From Mayamaea pseudoterrestris (lineage: Eukaryota): 64,000 nucleotides of DNA. A program made the translations under genes and the position numbers. This document shows, piece after piece, positions 33,762 through 45,400 of the stretch. Numbering within the stretch: the first letter of the stretch is position 1; each line of letters starts with the position of its first letter. A model generated the notes under the pieces. That model was not told the DNA's origin. It worked only from the letters and a program-made list of their open reading frames with translations, and made no database searches. The DNA lies in the NCBI GenBank assembly GCA_027923505.1, contig BROI01000014.1, positions 558,001 to 622,000 of the forward strand. Reading direction: 5' to 3'.

Positions 33762-34946
33762 TTATCTTAGTTCCAATCCAGTCTGCTCTACTCGTCGGCG
33801 AACCTCTTCTTGCAAAGCATCAATCTCTTCATTCGTCAAACTCCGATTCATGGATCTGTAGACAATGCGGTAGCAATGCGAGACCCTTTGAGTCTTTGGA
33901 TGGGTAAAGTGATCAATCAGTTGCAGCTGCTCCACCAAATCGCCGGTAACGTCCCGCACAATTTCATTCAACTCATTGACGTGAAACGAATCATTCAGCC
34001 AAAAGCTGACGTCCTTAAACACTGGAGGAAACTTCGAATATGGTTGGAATTTGACAATCTCGCCCGATGTAAATTGACTGTGAAAGCGCGCATCGTCGGT
34101 CCAGAACAGACGAATGTCCGGAATATCAAAGAGAATCATTGCCAGGCGTTCCAAACCAAGTCCAAAGGCCCACCCCTGCTCTCCAGATCGTCCGGCGTTC
34201 TCCATGATTTGCGGATGAATCACGCCGCATCCAAGCACCTCCATCCATTCGCCCTGGAATAAAATTTCAAGTTCAAAGGAGGGATGCGTAAATGGAAAGT
34301 ACTCGTCGACCCATCGCATTTCAGCCGGCCCGAACAGATGAAGTGCCAATTGCTCCAAGCGTTGCTGCAAGTCTTTGGCAATAAAATCAATTTGCTTTTG
34401 ATGTGATCCGTGCAAGTTGTCAAAAATCTTGACGCCTTCCATTTGATGAAAGACTGGATAGTGACTCCGATCAATTTCGTCTCGACGATAAACATCTCCA
34501 GCAACTAGAAACTGATTGCTGCTTTGTTTTAATAAATCAACTTGATGCGCCGACGTGTGCGTCCGCAGCACCGTGTGTTCGTTCAAGTAGTACGTGTCGG
34601 ATTTGGAGCGACTCGGGTGATTTGGCGGTATGCGAAGGCGGTCAAAGTTTTGTTCACAAGAAACGACTGGACTGAGTCCGTCATGCAACTCGAAATCCTT
34701 GAAAAATTGAGCAATCTTTTGCTTTATCGTGTGCAGTGGATGCAGTGGTTGTTGATGTAGATTGATGCCGACGCGAGAGGCAATGTGTGGACTCACATTG
34801 CACTCGGGGTGAGTTAAGGAATAACCTTCCAACTGATTGGCATTTGTCGAAAACAGTCGCAAAGAGAGGACATAGCCTGGTTGTCGAGTGAAGCCAGCAC
34901 CAAAAGGGCGCAATGAACTGATCATTTGTAGATAACAAGGACGCAT
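33762..34946 (-). CDS. FARS2: Organellar (mitochondrial-type monomeric) phenylalanyl-tRNA synthetase
   Basis: HPSRSKSDTYY, LRTHTSAHQ, VYRRDEIDRSHYPVFHQMEG, YFPFTHPSFELEI, GWAFGLGLERLAM, FDX-ACB tail; basic N-terminal presequence. Confidence 0.95.
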   Translation of the reverse strand: MRPCYLQMISSLRPFGAGFTRQPGYVLSLRLFSTNANQLEGYSLTHPECNVSPHIASRVGINLHQQPLHPLHTIKQKIAQFFKDFELHDGLSPVVSCEQNFDRLRIPPNHPSRSKSDTYYLNEHTVLRTHTSAHQVDLLKQSSNQFLVAGDVYRRDEIDRSHYPVFHQMEGVKIFDNLHGSHQKQIDFIAKDLQQRLEQLALHLFGPAEMRWVDEYFPFTHPSFELEILFQGEWMEVLGCGVIHPQIMENAGRSGEQGWAFGLGLERLAMILFDIPDIRLFWTDDARFHSQFTSGEIVKFQPYSKFPPVFKDVSFWLNDSFHVNELNEIVRDVTGDLVEQLQLIDHFTHPKTQRVSHCYRIVYRSMNRSLTNEEIDALQEEVRRRVEQTGLELR

Positions 34947-35076
34947 GAGTGTGACTTGAAAGTGGATGGTCCATTTTTGGGCGCAACGCGTGACTCACTG
35001 TGACCCGCCGACGAAGTCCAGTACCGGAGCGACTTGGTTGAAGCGCGCTCGAACCATTTCGAACACAACATCCACC

Positions 35077-36070
35077 ATGACGGACAGCGGTGCATCAACG
35101 CTAGCGGCCGCAGAGCCGCCCCAGCAAATACCGCCGCCACCGCCGCCACCGCCGCCACTGATGTGCGAGCAAGCCATAGAGGATGAAGAGGACGACGAGT
35201 TTGAAAAGAAGGAAAAGTTCTTCAACGACGATTGGTACGTGATGTGAGAGCGTCGTTCGCGTCAGCTGTTCGCATGTAGCGCTACTAGAAACCTAATTGC
35301 TCTATCATCCTTACAGCCTTCGTGTATGGAGTATCGTGCCTCGCTTGACGGGGACTATTGCTTGGAGCATTGCCGTTGCCTTTTTATTCGATTGTCGATT
35401 TGTTTATCTCGACTATTCCACGGTGCAAGTCGCAAACGCGACATCCTTCATCACGGCGGAACCGTTGCGGTTTGGGCTCTTGTCGCACGCTGCCATTGAG
35501 CTGACACGAAACGACTTGAATGATTCGAATCTGAATCAGTTTACGCTACACAATACCAACGAGTGCCTCCGGTACAGCGACAGATTGTTCCAATCGACCC
35601 AAGAATTTGCAACAGCCCAAATTTGCGCAATTGTCTGCGTCGTCTTGGGCGGATTCTTGACTTGGATGCTTTGGATCATGTACTGCTGTCGATTCGTATG
35701 TCTCTGTATTCCGTCCATTATTATATCATTGGGCTTTCTGGTCGTCCTTCCGGTGCTGCAAGCGACGACGATTTACATGCTGCGCTCCGTCTGCCAGTTC
35801 CGCCTCGATGAACCGCCGCTGTTGGACATTATTCGGCAGGAAGACCCGCAAGCAGAGTTTGACTATACGGAGCAAACGTCATCATGCGGCATGAGCAGTC
35901 TTTATGGTCTTTATTACCCAGTTAGCATCTGTTGCTGGGTTCTCACCGGTACGTCTCTCCATTGCTGGACTGTTTGCGGCGGTTGGGACGTACATCAGTA
36001 CCTCACTGTTTTAACATTATTAATTCGCAGGGCTCTTGTTCTTGGCGATTCGACCAAGGAAGAATCATGA
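35077..36070 (+). CDS. Four-TM membrane protein; intron 35235-35316
   Basis: A GTACGT..TTACAG intron joins a Pro/acidic exon to ORF 35297-36070 in frame (DDC|LRV); four hydrophobic segments with loop cysteines. Confidence 0.7.
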
Positions 36071-36253
36071 CTTGGATGGAGTCGCCATGTTGAGGTAAAT
36101 ATATTGTATCCTATAATTAGTAAACGTTCATATTTATGCATACTTTAAAATTTAACTACTGCACTCGACAGTAGACGCCCTTTATCAGGCAGCAGAGGCT
36201 GCTACCGGTTGTCCGCCTACATTGAAAGCCACGCATTGACAGAGCTATATTAT

Positions 36254-37175
36254 TCACTCCATTTGGCTCGAGTACGGCAGCACGTAAACCCACATCATAG
36301 CCCAATGAGTTGCTGCCCCAAGCACGACAAAGATATGCCAGATCTCATGGAAGCCAAACCGACCAGGATACGGGTTTGGATGCTCCATAGTAAAGATGTA
36401 GCCGCCAACGGTAAAGACTACGCCTCCCAGTATCAGCAAGAATGATCCATTCCAACCCATGACTGGAATGAGCCAATAGAGCATACATCCACCTAGCCAT
36501 CCAAGTGTAATGTACATGGTCATGCTCATCCATCGCGGAATTCGCTCAAAGCAAAACGCAGTCGCTAGCATTCCAAGGATTGCCACAAACCAGACAGTCG
36601 CAAAGAACGCCCAGCCAATGGGTTCATTATGAAAGTACACCAAGCAGAGTGGCGTAAACGTTCCGCTTATCAACGGATAAATGGCAAGGTAATCCAACAT
36701 GTGAAAGGTTCGCTCCCAGGGTCCTTCCACTCCGTGATGGAGCGTTGACATGCTGAAGAGAAATAGCAAGGATGCTCCATAGACGGAAAAGCCGACAATC
36801 TTCCAAGGCTCGCCTCGAGCCGATGCGTCGACTATTAGCAAAACTGAGCCGAGGAAGAAGAGAACTGTTGCAGCCAAATGACTTGCAGAGTTAAAGACCT
36901 CATCTGTGGAATGGACTGAAACAATGGATTTGAGTGAGGAAGTTTGCCGCATAGAGACTCGGAGTAGGTGCTACTCTGGCGATGGACAACGTACTCGATC
37001 CATCGCGAGAGCGTTCTCGGACGCGACCAAAGTCGGTAAATCTCCAGGTATGATCCAATTTTGAGTTGCTAACGTCATTATCAAAGTTTGTGTAATCGTA
37101 TTGTTCCTGTTGATTGAGCATCCAACGATCCTGCGGCACTGATATCGTCAGACTGTCGGAAGCAGAGGTCGCCAT
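36254..37175 (-). CDS. Hemolysin III / PAQR family membrane protein; intron 36916-36994
   Basis: Spliced SRDGSIHSTDEVFNSASHL; STLHH, DYLAIYPLISGTFTP, GFHEIWHIFVVLGAATH motifs; seven TM segments. Confidence 0.92.
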
Positions 37176-37364
37176 GGTCGAGCCGTTGTTGTGAATCGCG
37201 AACTCCAACAGCTTTCCGAGGGCTATAGCAGAAACAACGTCACAAAGATCTGTTCACATACCGATGCGACACAATTGATGAATCATTGCCGATTCGACCA
37301 TCACCATGGGATTCTGACTCGATTGTGATCGCAGATTACAATCCATTCTCTTTTACTAATCATA

Positions 37365-38795
37365 ATGAGCGCCCATGACATATCGAGGCAGCGAAAACTT
37401 TGTAGTAGAACTCAAAAGACTCGTGGGACGCGCAGAAATCGCAGCATTTTATCGGCCAGTGTAGCTGTGCTCTGGTTCGCAGAACTCCCATCACCGGCGT
37501 TGGCTTTTACTGTACCACGTCCGTTGATCTCGAAACTTGAGTCACAAACACTTTTGTTTTCCACGACCGAAGATAAGTCGTTGGATGAATTACACTCTCG
37601 TCAAAGCGACTCAGGCGAGGACATCAGCGACAACGACAGCAATCCATGGCGACGTTCGGATTTGTTTGGCAGCAGCTTGATTGACGAGACACTTCAGAAT
37701 CTTGAAACTGACGGTGAGTTCCAAAGTACAGCTGCTCGTTATGCTACGCAAGGGGCTGCCAAGATTAGTTCAGAGGAACGAGCCAATCGACGCCGCGCTC
37801 TGGACTCCCTGGGCATTCCAAGTTTCAACGCCTTTTTGAAGCAACAAAATGTTCGCATTGAACGAAAACCCGATCCAACCTTGCTACAGCTCAACATTGG
37901 CTTGTACTGCAACCAAGCATGTGGACATTGTCACGTGGAGAGTTCTCCGCTGCGGACGGAAATGATGTCGACGGAAACCGCTGCTCGCTGCTTGAAACTG
38001 TTAGCGGCGACGCCGTCCATCAAGACGCTGGACATTACCGGAGGAGCACCCGAACTGAATGCCAACTTTCGCTACATTGTCAGCATGGCGCGCGAGTTAT
38101 GCGGGCCTGATTTGGAGATTATTGATCGTTGCAACTTGACTGTTTTGCAAGAGCCGGGACAGGAAGATTTGATTGAGTTTTTGAAAATGAATCGCGTCCG
38201 AATTGTTTGCAGCTTGCCATGCTACTCGCGAGAGAATGTTGATAAGCAGCGAGGAAGAGGCGTTTTTGAGCGATCCATTGCCGCCTTGCTGGCACTAAAC
38301 GAGGCTGGCTATGGAAAACCTGGCACTGGATTGGGGTTGGATCTTGTTTACAATCCAGGTGGCGCATTTTTGCCACCCCCACAAGCAAGCCTGGAGGCAA
38401 CATATAAGGAAGAACTGCGAGAAAATTTTGGTATCTTATTCAACTCCCTCTTTACCTTGGCTAATATGCCAATTAAACGATTTGCCGACTACTTCCACCG
38501 AAACGGAGAGCTTAAGGACTACATGGAGCTGCTTGTGAACAATTTTAACAAGAATACGACCAAAGGACTCATGTGTACTGATCTTGTGAGCGTTGGATAT
38601 GACGGAACTATTTATGATTGCGACTTTAATCAGCAATTGGGGTATGCCGTTGGCGGCAAGCCGGCTCACCATGGTGGCTTGACTGTTTTTGAAATTGACA
38701 CCCTAAGTTTGAAAGACTACAAGATTCGGCTTGACAATCACTGCTTTGGCTGCACTGCAGGAATGGGCTCAAGTTGTCAGGGTACAACAACGTAA
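37365..38795 (+). CDS. arsS: Radical SAM protein, ArsS (arsenosugar biosynthesis)/DUF3641 family
   Basis: LQLNIGLYCNQACGHCHVESSP (CxxxCxxC), DITGGAPEL, IDRCNLT, SLPCY, DLVYNPGG, YDCDFNQ, C-terminal HCFGCTAGMGSSC; N-terminal ALAFT presequence. Confidence 0.85.
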   Translation: MSAHDISRQRKLCSRTQKTRGTRRNRSILSASVAVLWFAELPSPALAFTVPRPLISKLESQTLLFSTTEDKSLDELHSRQSDSGEDISDNDSNPWRRSDLFGSSLIDETLQNLETDGEFQSTAARYATQGAAKISSEERANRRRALDSLGIPSFNAFLKQQNVRIERKPDPTLLQLNIGLYCNQACGHCHVESSPLRTEMMSTETAARCLKLLAATPSIKTLDITGGAPELNANFRYIVSMARELCGPDLEIIDRCNLTVLQEPGQEDLIEFLKMNRVRIVCSLPCYSRENVDKQRGRGVFERSIAALLALNEAGYGKPGTGLGLDLVYNPGGAFLPPPQASLEATYKEELRENFGILFNSLFTLANMPIKRFADYFHRNGELKDYMELLVNNFNKNTTKGLMCTDLVSVGYDGTIYDCDFNQQLGYAVGGKPAHHGGLTVFEIDTLSLKDYKIRLDNHCFGCTAGMGSSCQGTTT

Positions 38796-39039
38796 TCTAA
38801 AATGTTCACTTTCCCTTATTGCTGTAGATCATGAATGTCATTTCTGGAGGGCACTCACTAGCCCATGTTACATTTACGCACATCACCTTGCACGGGAATC
38901 TGAATTTGTAAGCCATATGTATGAAGTGATAGACAAGGTATACTTAATTGCAAAGTACCTTATATGGAATAAAGTTTATGCTGACTGTGAAAATTCAGCA
39001 ACCATAGCACAAGGATGGTGCTCTGATCCTTGGCAGTTA

Positions 39040-39480
39040 TCTGTCTAGGCAGACTGGTGAGAAGTTCTCACCAGTCACATTGCAGTCTACTGAGATACTA
39101 GCCAGGCATATTATCTTGTAGCACAGCTGGCATAATGATGTTAGCACCATTCTGGTGTATTCTGGGTGTATAAATGGCTTGCTGTAGGGGTGTTTGAATG
39201 TCAAGGCATCTGCCGGCTGAGACACCAGCAAGGCATACCATCTTGTAGCGCAGCTTGAATAATGATGTAGGCACCATTCTGGTGTGATATGAGTGTATAC
39301 TTGGATTGATGTAGGAGCGTTTGATTGTCATGGCATGTGTGGGCTGAGACTGGTGACAACCTGTCACCAATCACATTGCAGTCTACTGAGCCACCCACAA
39401 GGCATACCATCTTGTAGCGCAGACTGAATATCGATGTTGGCACTATTCTGGTGTGATTTGGGTGTATGCATGGCTTGTAA
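39040..39480 (+). repeat. Repeat family B, ~2.5 degenerate units at the left edge of the satellite
   Basis: gactggtgagaagttctcaccagtc palindrome at 39052-39076; variant at ~39348; ggcataccatcttgtagcgcag recurs. Confidence 0.85.
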
Positions 39481-42400
39481 TGCCACTTGAGGTGCTGAGG
39501 TGCACCCTTGTTGGATCTCACCATGGCATTCATGGTGATGGATACAGCAGTGCTACTGACCAACTTATGGCTTATCATGACAACAAACAAGATGTAAAAG
39601 ATATTGAAGGGCTCAGCAGGCAATGCTGACAATCCCTGCAGCCAAAAAGGGAATGCTAACCAGTGAGTTCAGGGACCCACCCAAATGGACAAGTCTATGA
39701 GCCCCATTCAATGTTAGAGTTCATGTTTGTTGTATTATGGGGTCTGGAGGCCATTTTGGAAGTCTCAATTGCCACTTGAGGTGCACTGCTAGCAGATCCA
39801 ACAAGTTGTTGGATCTGCTCAGTCTCACCATGGCATACATGGTGATGGATAGTACTGCAGTGCAACTGACCAACTTACGGCCCATCATGACATCTGTTTT
39901 GATGTGAAAGATATTGGAGGGCTCAGCAGGCAATGCTGATGATCCCTGCAGCCAAAAAGGGAGCAATGCTGGCACATTCAACCAGTTGTTGAATGTGCGG
40001 AGTTTCAGGGCATAGTGATGGCTTCCACACCCAATGGACAAGTCTATGAGCCCCATTCAATGTGCAAGTCCATGTTGGTTGTATTATGGGGTCTGGAGGC
40101 CATTTTGAAAGTCTCGCTAGCCACTTGAGGTGCACCTCTGGCAGATCCAACAAGTTGTTGGATCTGCTCAGTCTCACCATGGCATACATGGTGATGGATA
40201 CTGCAGTGCAACTGACCAACTTATGGCCCATCATGACAACTAATATGATGTGAAAGATATTGGAGGGCTCAGCAGGCAATGCTGATGATCCCTGCAGCCA
40301 AAAAGGGAGCAATGCTGGCACATTCAACCAGTTGTTGAATGTGCGGAGTTTCAGGGCATAGTGATGGCTTCCACACCCAAACGGATAAGTCTATGAGCCC
40401 CATTCAATGTTAGAGTCCATGTTTGTTGTATTATGGGGTCTGGAGGCCATTTTGGAAGTCTCACTTGCCACTTGAGGTGCACCGCTGGCAGATCCAACAA
40501 GTTGTTGGATCTGCTCAGTCTCACCATGGCATACATGGTGATGGATACTGCAGTGCAACTGACCAACTTATGGCCCATCATGACAACTAATATGATGTGA
40601 AAGATATTGGAGGGCTCAGCAGGCAATGCTGATGATCCCTGCAGCCAAAAAGGGAGCAATGCTGGCACATTCAACCAGTTGTTGAATGTGCGGAGTTTCA
40701 GGGCATAGTGATGGCTTCCACACCCAAACGGATAAGTCTATGAGCCCCATTCAATGTTAGAGTCCATGTTTGTTGTATTATGGGGTCTGGTGGCCATTTT
40801 GGAAGTCTCACTTGCCACTTGAGGTGCACCACTGGCAGATCCAACAAGTTGTTGGATCTGCTCAGTCTCACCATGGCATACATGGTGATGGATACTGCAG
40901 TGCAACTGACCAACTTATGGCCCATCATGACAACAAACATGATGTGAAAGATATTGGAGGGCTCAGCAGGCAATGCTGATGATCCCTGCAGCCAAAAAGG
41001 GAGCAATGCTGGCACATTCAACCAGTTGTTGAATGTGCGGAGTTTCAGGGCATAGTGATGGCTTCCACACCCAAATGGACAAGTCTATGAGCCCCATTCA
41101 ATGTTAGAGTCCATGTTTGTTGTATTATGGGGTCTGGTGGCCATTTTGGAAGTCTCACTTGCCACTTGAGGTGCACCGCTGGCAGATCCAACAAGTTGTT
41201 GGATCTGCTCAGTCTCACCATGGCATACATGGTGATGGATACTGCAGTGCAACTGACCAACTTATGGCCCATCATGACAACTAATATGATGTGAAAGATA
41301 TTGGAGGGCTCAGCAGGCAATGCTGATGATCCCTGCAGCCAAAAAGGGAGCAATGCTGGCACATTCAACCAGTTGTTGAATGTGCGGAGTTTCAGGGCAT
41401 AGTGATGGCTTCCACACCCAAATGGACAAGTCTATGAGCCCCATTCAATGTTAGAGTCCATGTTTGTTGTATTATGGGGTCTGGTGGCCATTTTGGAAGT
41501 CTCACTTGCCACTTGAGGTGCACCGCTGGCAGATCCAACAAGTTGTTGGATCTGCTCAGTCTCACCATGGCATACATGGTGATGGATACTGCAGTGCAAC
41601 TGACCAACTTATGGCCCATCATGACAACAAACATGATGTGAAAGATATTGGAGGGCTCAGCAGGCAATGCTGATGATCCCTGCAGCCAAAAAGGGAGCAA
41701 TGCTGGCACATTCAACCAGTTGTTGAATGTGCGGAGTTTCAGGGCATAGTGATGGCTTCCACACCCAAATGGACAAGTCTATGAGCCCCATTCAATGTTA
41801 GAGTCCATGTTTGTTGTATTATGGGGTCTGGAGGCCATTTTGGAAGTCTCACTTGCCACTTGAGGTGCACCGCTGGCAGATCCAACAAGTTGTTGGATCT
41901 GCTCAGTCTCACCATGGCATACATGGTGATGGATACTGCAGTGCAACTGACCAACTTATGGCCCATCATGACAACTAATATGATGTGAAAGATATTGGAG
42001 GGCTCAGCAGGCAATGCTGATGATCCCTGCAGCCAAAAAGGGAGCAATGCTGGCACATTCAACCAGTTGTTGAATGTGCAGAGTTTCAGGGCATAGTGAT
42101 GGCTTCCACACCCAAACGGATATGTCTATGAGTCCCATTCAATGTTAGAGTCCATGTTTGTTGTATTATGGGGTCTGGAGGCCATTTTGAAAGTCTCGCT
42201 AGCCACTTGAGGTGCACCTCTGGCAGATCCAACAAGTTGTTGGATCTGCTCAGTCTCACCATGGCATACATGGTGATGGATACTGCAGTGCAACTGACCA
42301 ACTTATGGCCCATCATGACAACAAACATGATGTGAAAGATATTGGAGGGCTCAGCAGGCAATGCTGATGATCCCTGCAGCCAAAAAGGGAGCAATGCTGG

Positions 42401-45400
42401 CACATTCAACCAGTTGTTGAATGTGCGGAGTTTCAGGGCATAGTGATGGCTTCCACACCCAAGCAAATAAGTCTATGAGCTCCATTCAATGTTAGAGTCT
42501 ATGTTTGTTGTATTATGGGGTCTGGAGGCCATTTTGGAAGTCTCACTTGCCACTTGAGGTGCACCGCTGGCAGATCCAACAAGTTGTTGGATCTGCTCAG
42601 TCTCACCATGGCATACATGGTGATGGATACTGCAGTGCAACTGACCAAATTATGGCCCATCATGACAACAAACATGATGTGAAAGATAATGGAGGGCTCA
42701 GCAGGCAATGCTGATGATCCCTGCAGCCAAAAAAGGAAGCAATGCTGGCACATTCAACCAGTTGTTGAATGTGCGGAGTTTCAGGGCATAGTGATGGCTT
42801 CCACACCCAAATGGACAAGTCTATGAGCCCCATTCAATGTTAGAGTCCATGTTTGTTGTATTATGGGGTCTGGAGGCCATTTTGGAAGTCTCACTTGCCA
42901 CTTGAGGTGCACCGCTGGCAGATCCAACAAGTTGTTGGATCTGCTCAGTCTCACCATGGCATACATGGTGATGGATACTGCAGTGCAACTGACCAACTTA
43001 TGGCCCATCATGACAACTAATATGATGTGAAAGATATTGGAGGGCTCAGCAGGCAATGCTGATGATCCCTGCAGCCAAAAAGGGAGCAGGGCTGGCACAT
43101 TCAACCAGTTGTTGAATGTGCGGAGTTTCAGGGCATAGTGATGGCTTCCACACCCAAACGGATATGTCTATGAGCCCCATTCAATGTTAGAGTCCATGTT
43201 TGTTGTATTATGGGGTCTGGAGGCCATTTTGGAAGTCTCACTTGCCACTTGAGGTGCACCGCTGGCAGATCCAACAAGTTGTTGGATCTGCTCAGTCTCA
43301 CCATGGCATACATGGTGATGGATACTGCAGTGCAACTGACCAACTTATGGCCCATCATGACAACAAACATGATGTGAAAGATATTGGAGGGCTCAGCAGG
43401 CAATGCTGATGATCCCTGCAGCCAAAAAGGGAGCAATGCTGGCACATTCAACCAGTTGTTGAATGTGCGGAGTTTCAGGGCATAGTGATGGCTTCCACAC
43501 CCAAACGGATAAGTCTATGAGCCCCATTCAATGTTAGAGTCTATGTTAGTTGTATTATGGGGTCTGGAGGCCATTTTGGAAGTCTCACTTGCCACTTGAG
43601 GTGCACCACTGGCAGATCCAACAAGTTGTTGGATCTGCTCAGTCTCACCATGGCATACATGGTGATGGATACTGCAGTGCAACTGACCAACTTATGGCCC
43701 ATCATGACAACTAATATGATGTGAAAGATATTGGAGGGCTCAGCAGGCAATGCTGATGATCCCTGCAGTCAAAAGGGAGCAATGCTGGCACATTCAACCA
43801 GTTGTTGAATGTGCGGAGTTTCAGGGCATAGTGATGGCTTCCACACCCAAATGGACAAGTCTATGAGCCCCTTTCAATGTTAGAGTTCATGTTTGTTGTG
43901 GGGGGGGCCATTTTGGAAGTCTCACTTGCCACTGTTTGGACAGGGTCACGAAAAAGCTGGCACATTCAACAAGTTGTTGAACAGGAGCAACTGTCCAACG
44001 TAAGTCTCACCAGACCTGGCAGATCACAAGTGGTGATGGATACTGCAGTGCAACTGACCAACTTATGGCCCATCATGACAACTAATATGATGTGAAAGAT
44101 ATTGGAGGGCTCAGCAGGCAATGCTGATGATCCCTGCAGCCAAAAAGGGAGCAATGCTGGCACATTCAACCAGTTGTTGAATGTGCGGAGTTTCAGGGCA
44201 TAGTGATGGCTTCCACACCCAATGGACAAGTCTATGAGCCCCATTCAATGTCAGAGTCTATGTTAGTTGTATTATGGGGTCTGGAGGCCATTTTGGAAGT
44301 CTCGCTTGCCACTTGAGGTGCACCGCTGGCAGATCCAACAAGTTGTTGGATCTGCTCAGTCTCACCATGGCATACATGGTGATGGATACTGCAGTGCAAC
44401 TGACCAACTTATGGCCCATCATGACAACTAATATGATGTGAAAGATATTGGAGGGCTCAGCAGGCAATGCTGATGATCCCTGCAGCCAAAAAGGGAGCAA
44501 TGCTGGCACATTCAACCAGTTGTTGAATGTGCGGAGTTTCAGGGCATAGTGATGGCTTCCACACCCAAATGGACAAGTCTATGAGTCCCATACAATGTTA
44601 CAGTCTATGTTAGTTGTATTATGGGGTCTGGAGGCCATTTTGGAAGTCTCACTTGCCACTTGAGGTGCACCGCTGGCAGATCCAACAAGTTGTTGGATCT
44701 GCTCAGTCTCACCATGGCATACATGGTGATGGATACTGCAGTGCAACTGACCACTTATGGCCCATCATGACATAAAACAAGAATTGAAAGATATTGGAGG
44801 GCTCAGCAGGCAATGCTGATGATCCCTGCAGCAAAAAAGGGGGCAGGGCTGGCACATTCAACCAGTTGTTGAATGTGCGGAGTTTCAGGGCATAGTGATG
44901 GCTTCCACACCCAAATGGACAAGTCTATGAGCCCCATTTACTGTTCAAGTCCATGTTTGCTGTATTATGGGGTCTGGAGGCCATTTTGGAAGTCTCGCTT
45001 GCCACTTGAGGTGCACCGCTGGCAGATCCAACAAGTTGTTGGATCTGCTCAGTCTCACCATGGCATACATGGTGAAGGATACTGAGGTGCAACTGACCAA
45101 CTTATGGCCCATCATGATATGATACATATATTAAAGATATTGGAGGGCTCAGCAGGCAATGCTGATGATCCCTGCAGCCAAAAAGGGAGCAATGCTGGCA
45201 CATTCAACCAGTTGTTGAATGTGCGGAGTTTCAGGGCATAGTGATGGCTTCCACACCCAAATGGACAAGTCTATGAGCCCCATTCAATGTTAGAGTCCAT
45301 GTTATTGGTTGTATTTTGGGATCTGCAGACCATTTCGAAAGTCTCACTTGCCACTTGAGGTGCACCGCTGGCAGATCCAGCAAGTTGTTGGATCTGCTCT

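Noticed and set aside
40262..40315. Hammerhead-ribozyme-like CTGATGA followed by a tccct/aggga stem in each satellite unit
   Set aside because: The required GAAA after stem II reads GCAA or GCAG, and I could not place a properly paired NUH site and stem I; a covariance-model search would settle it
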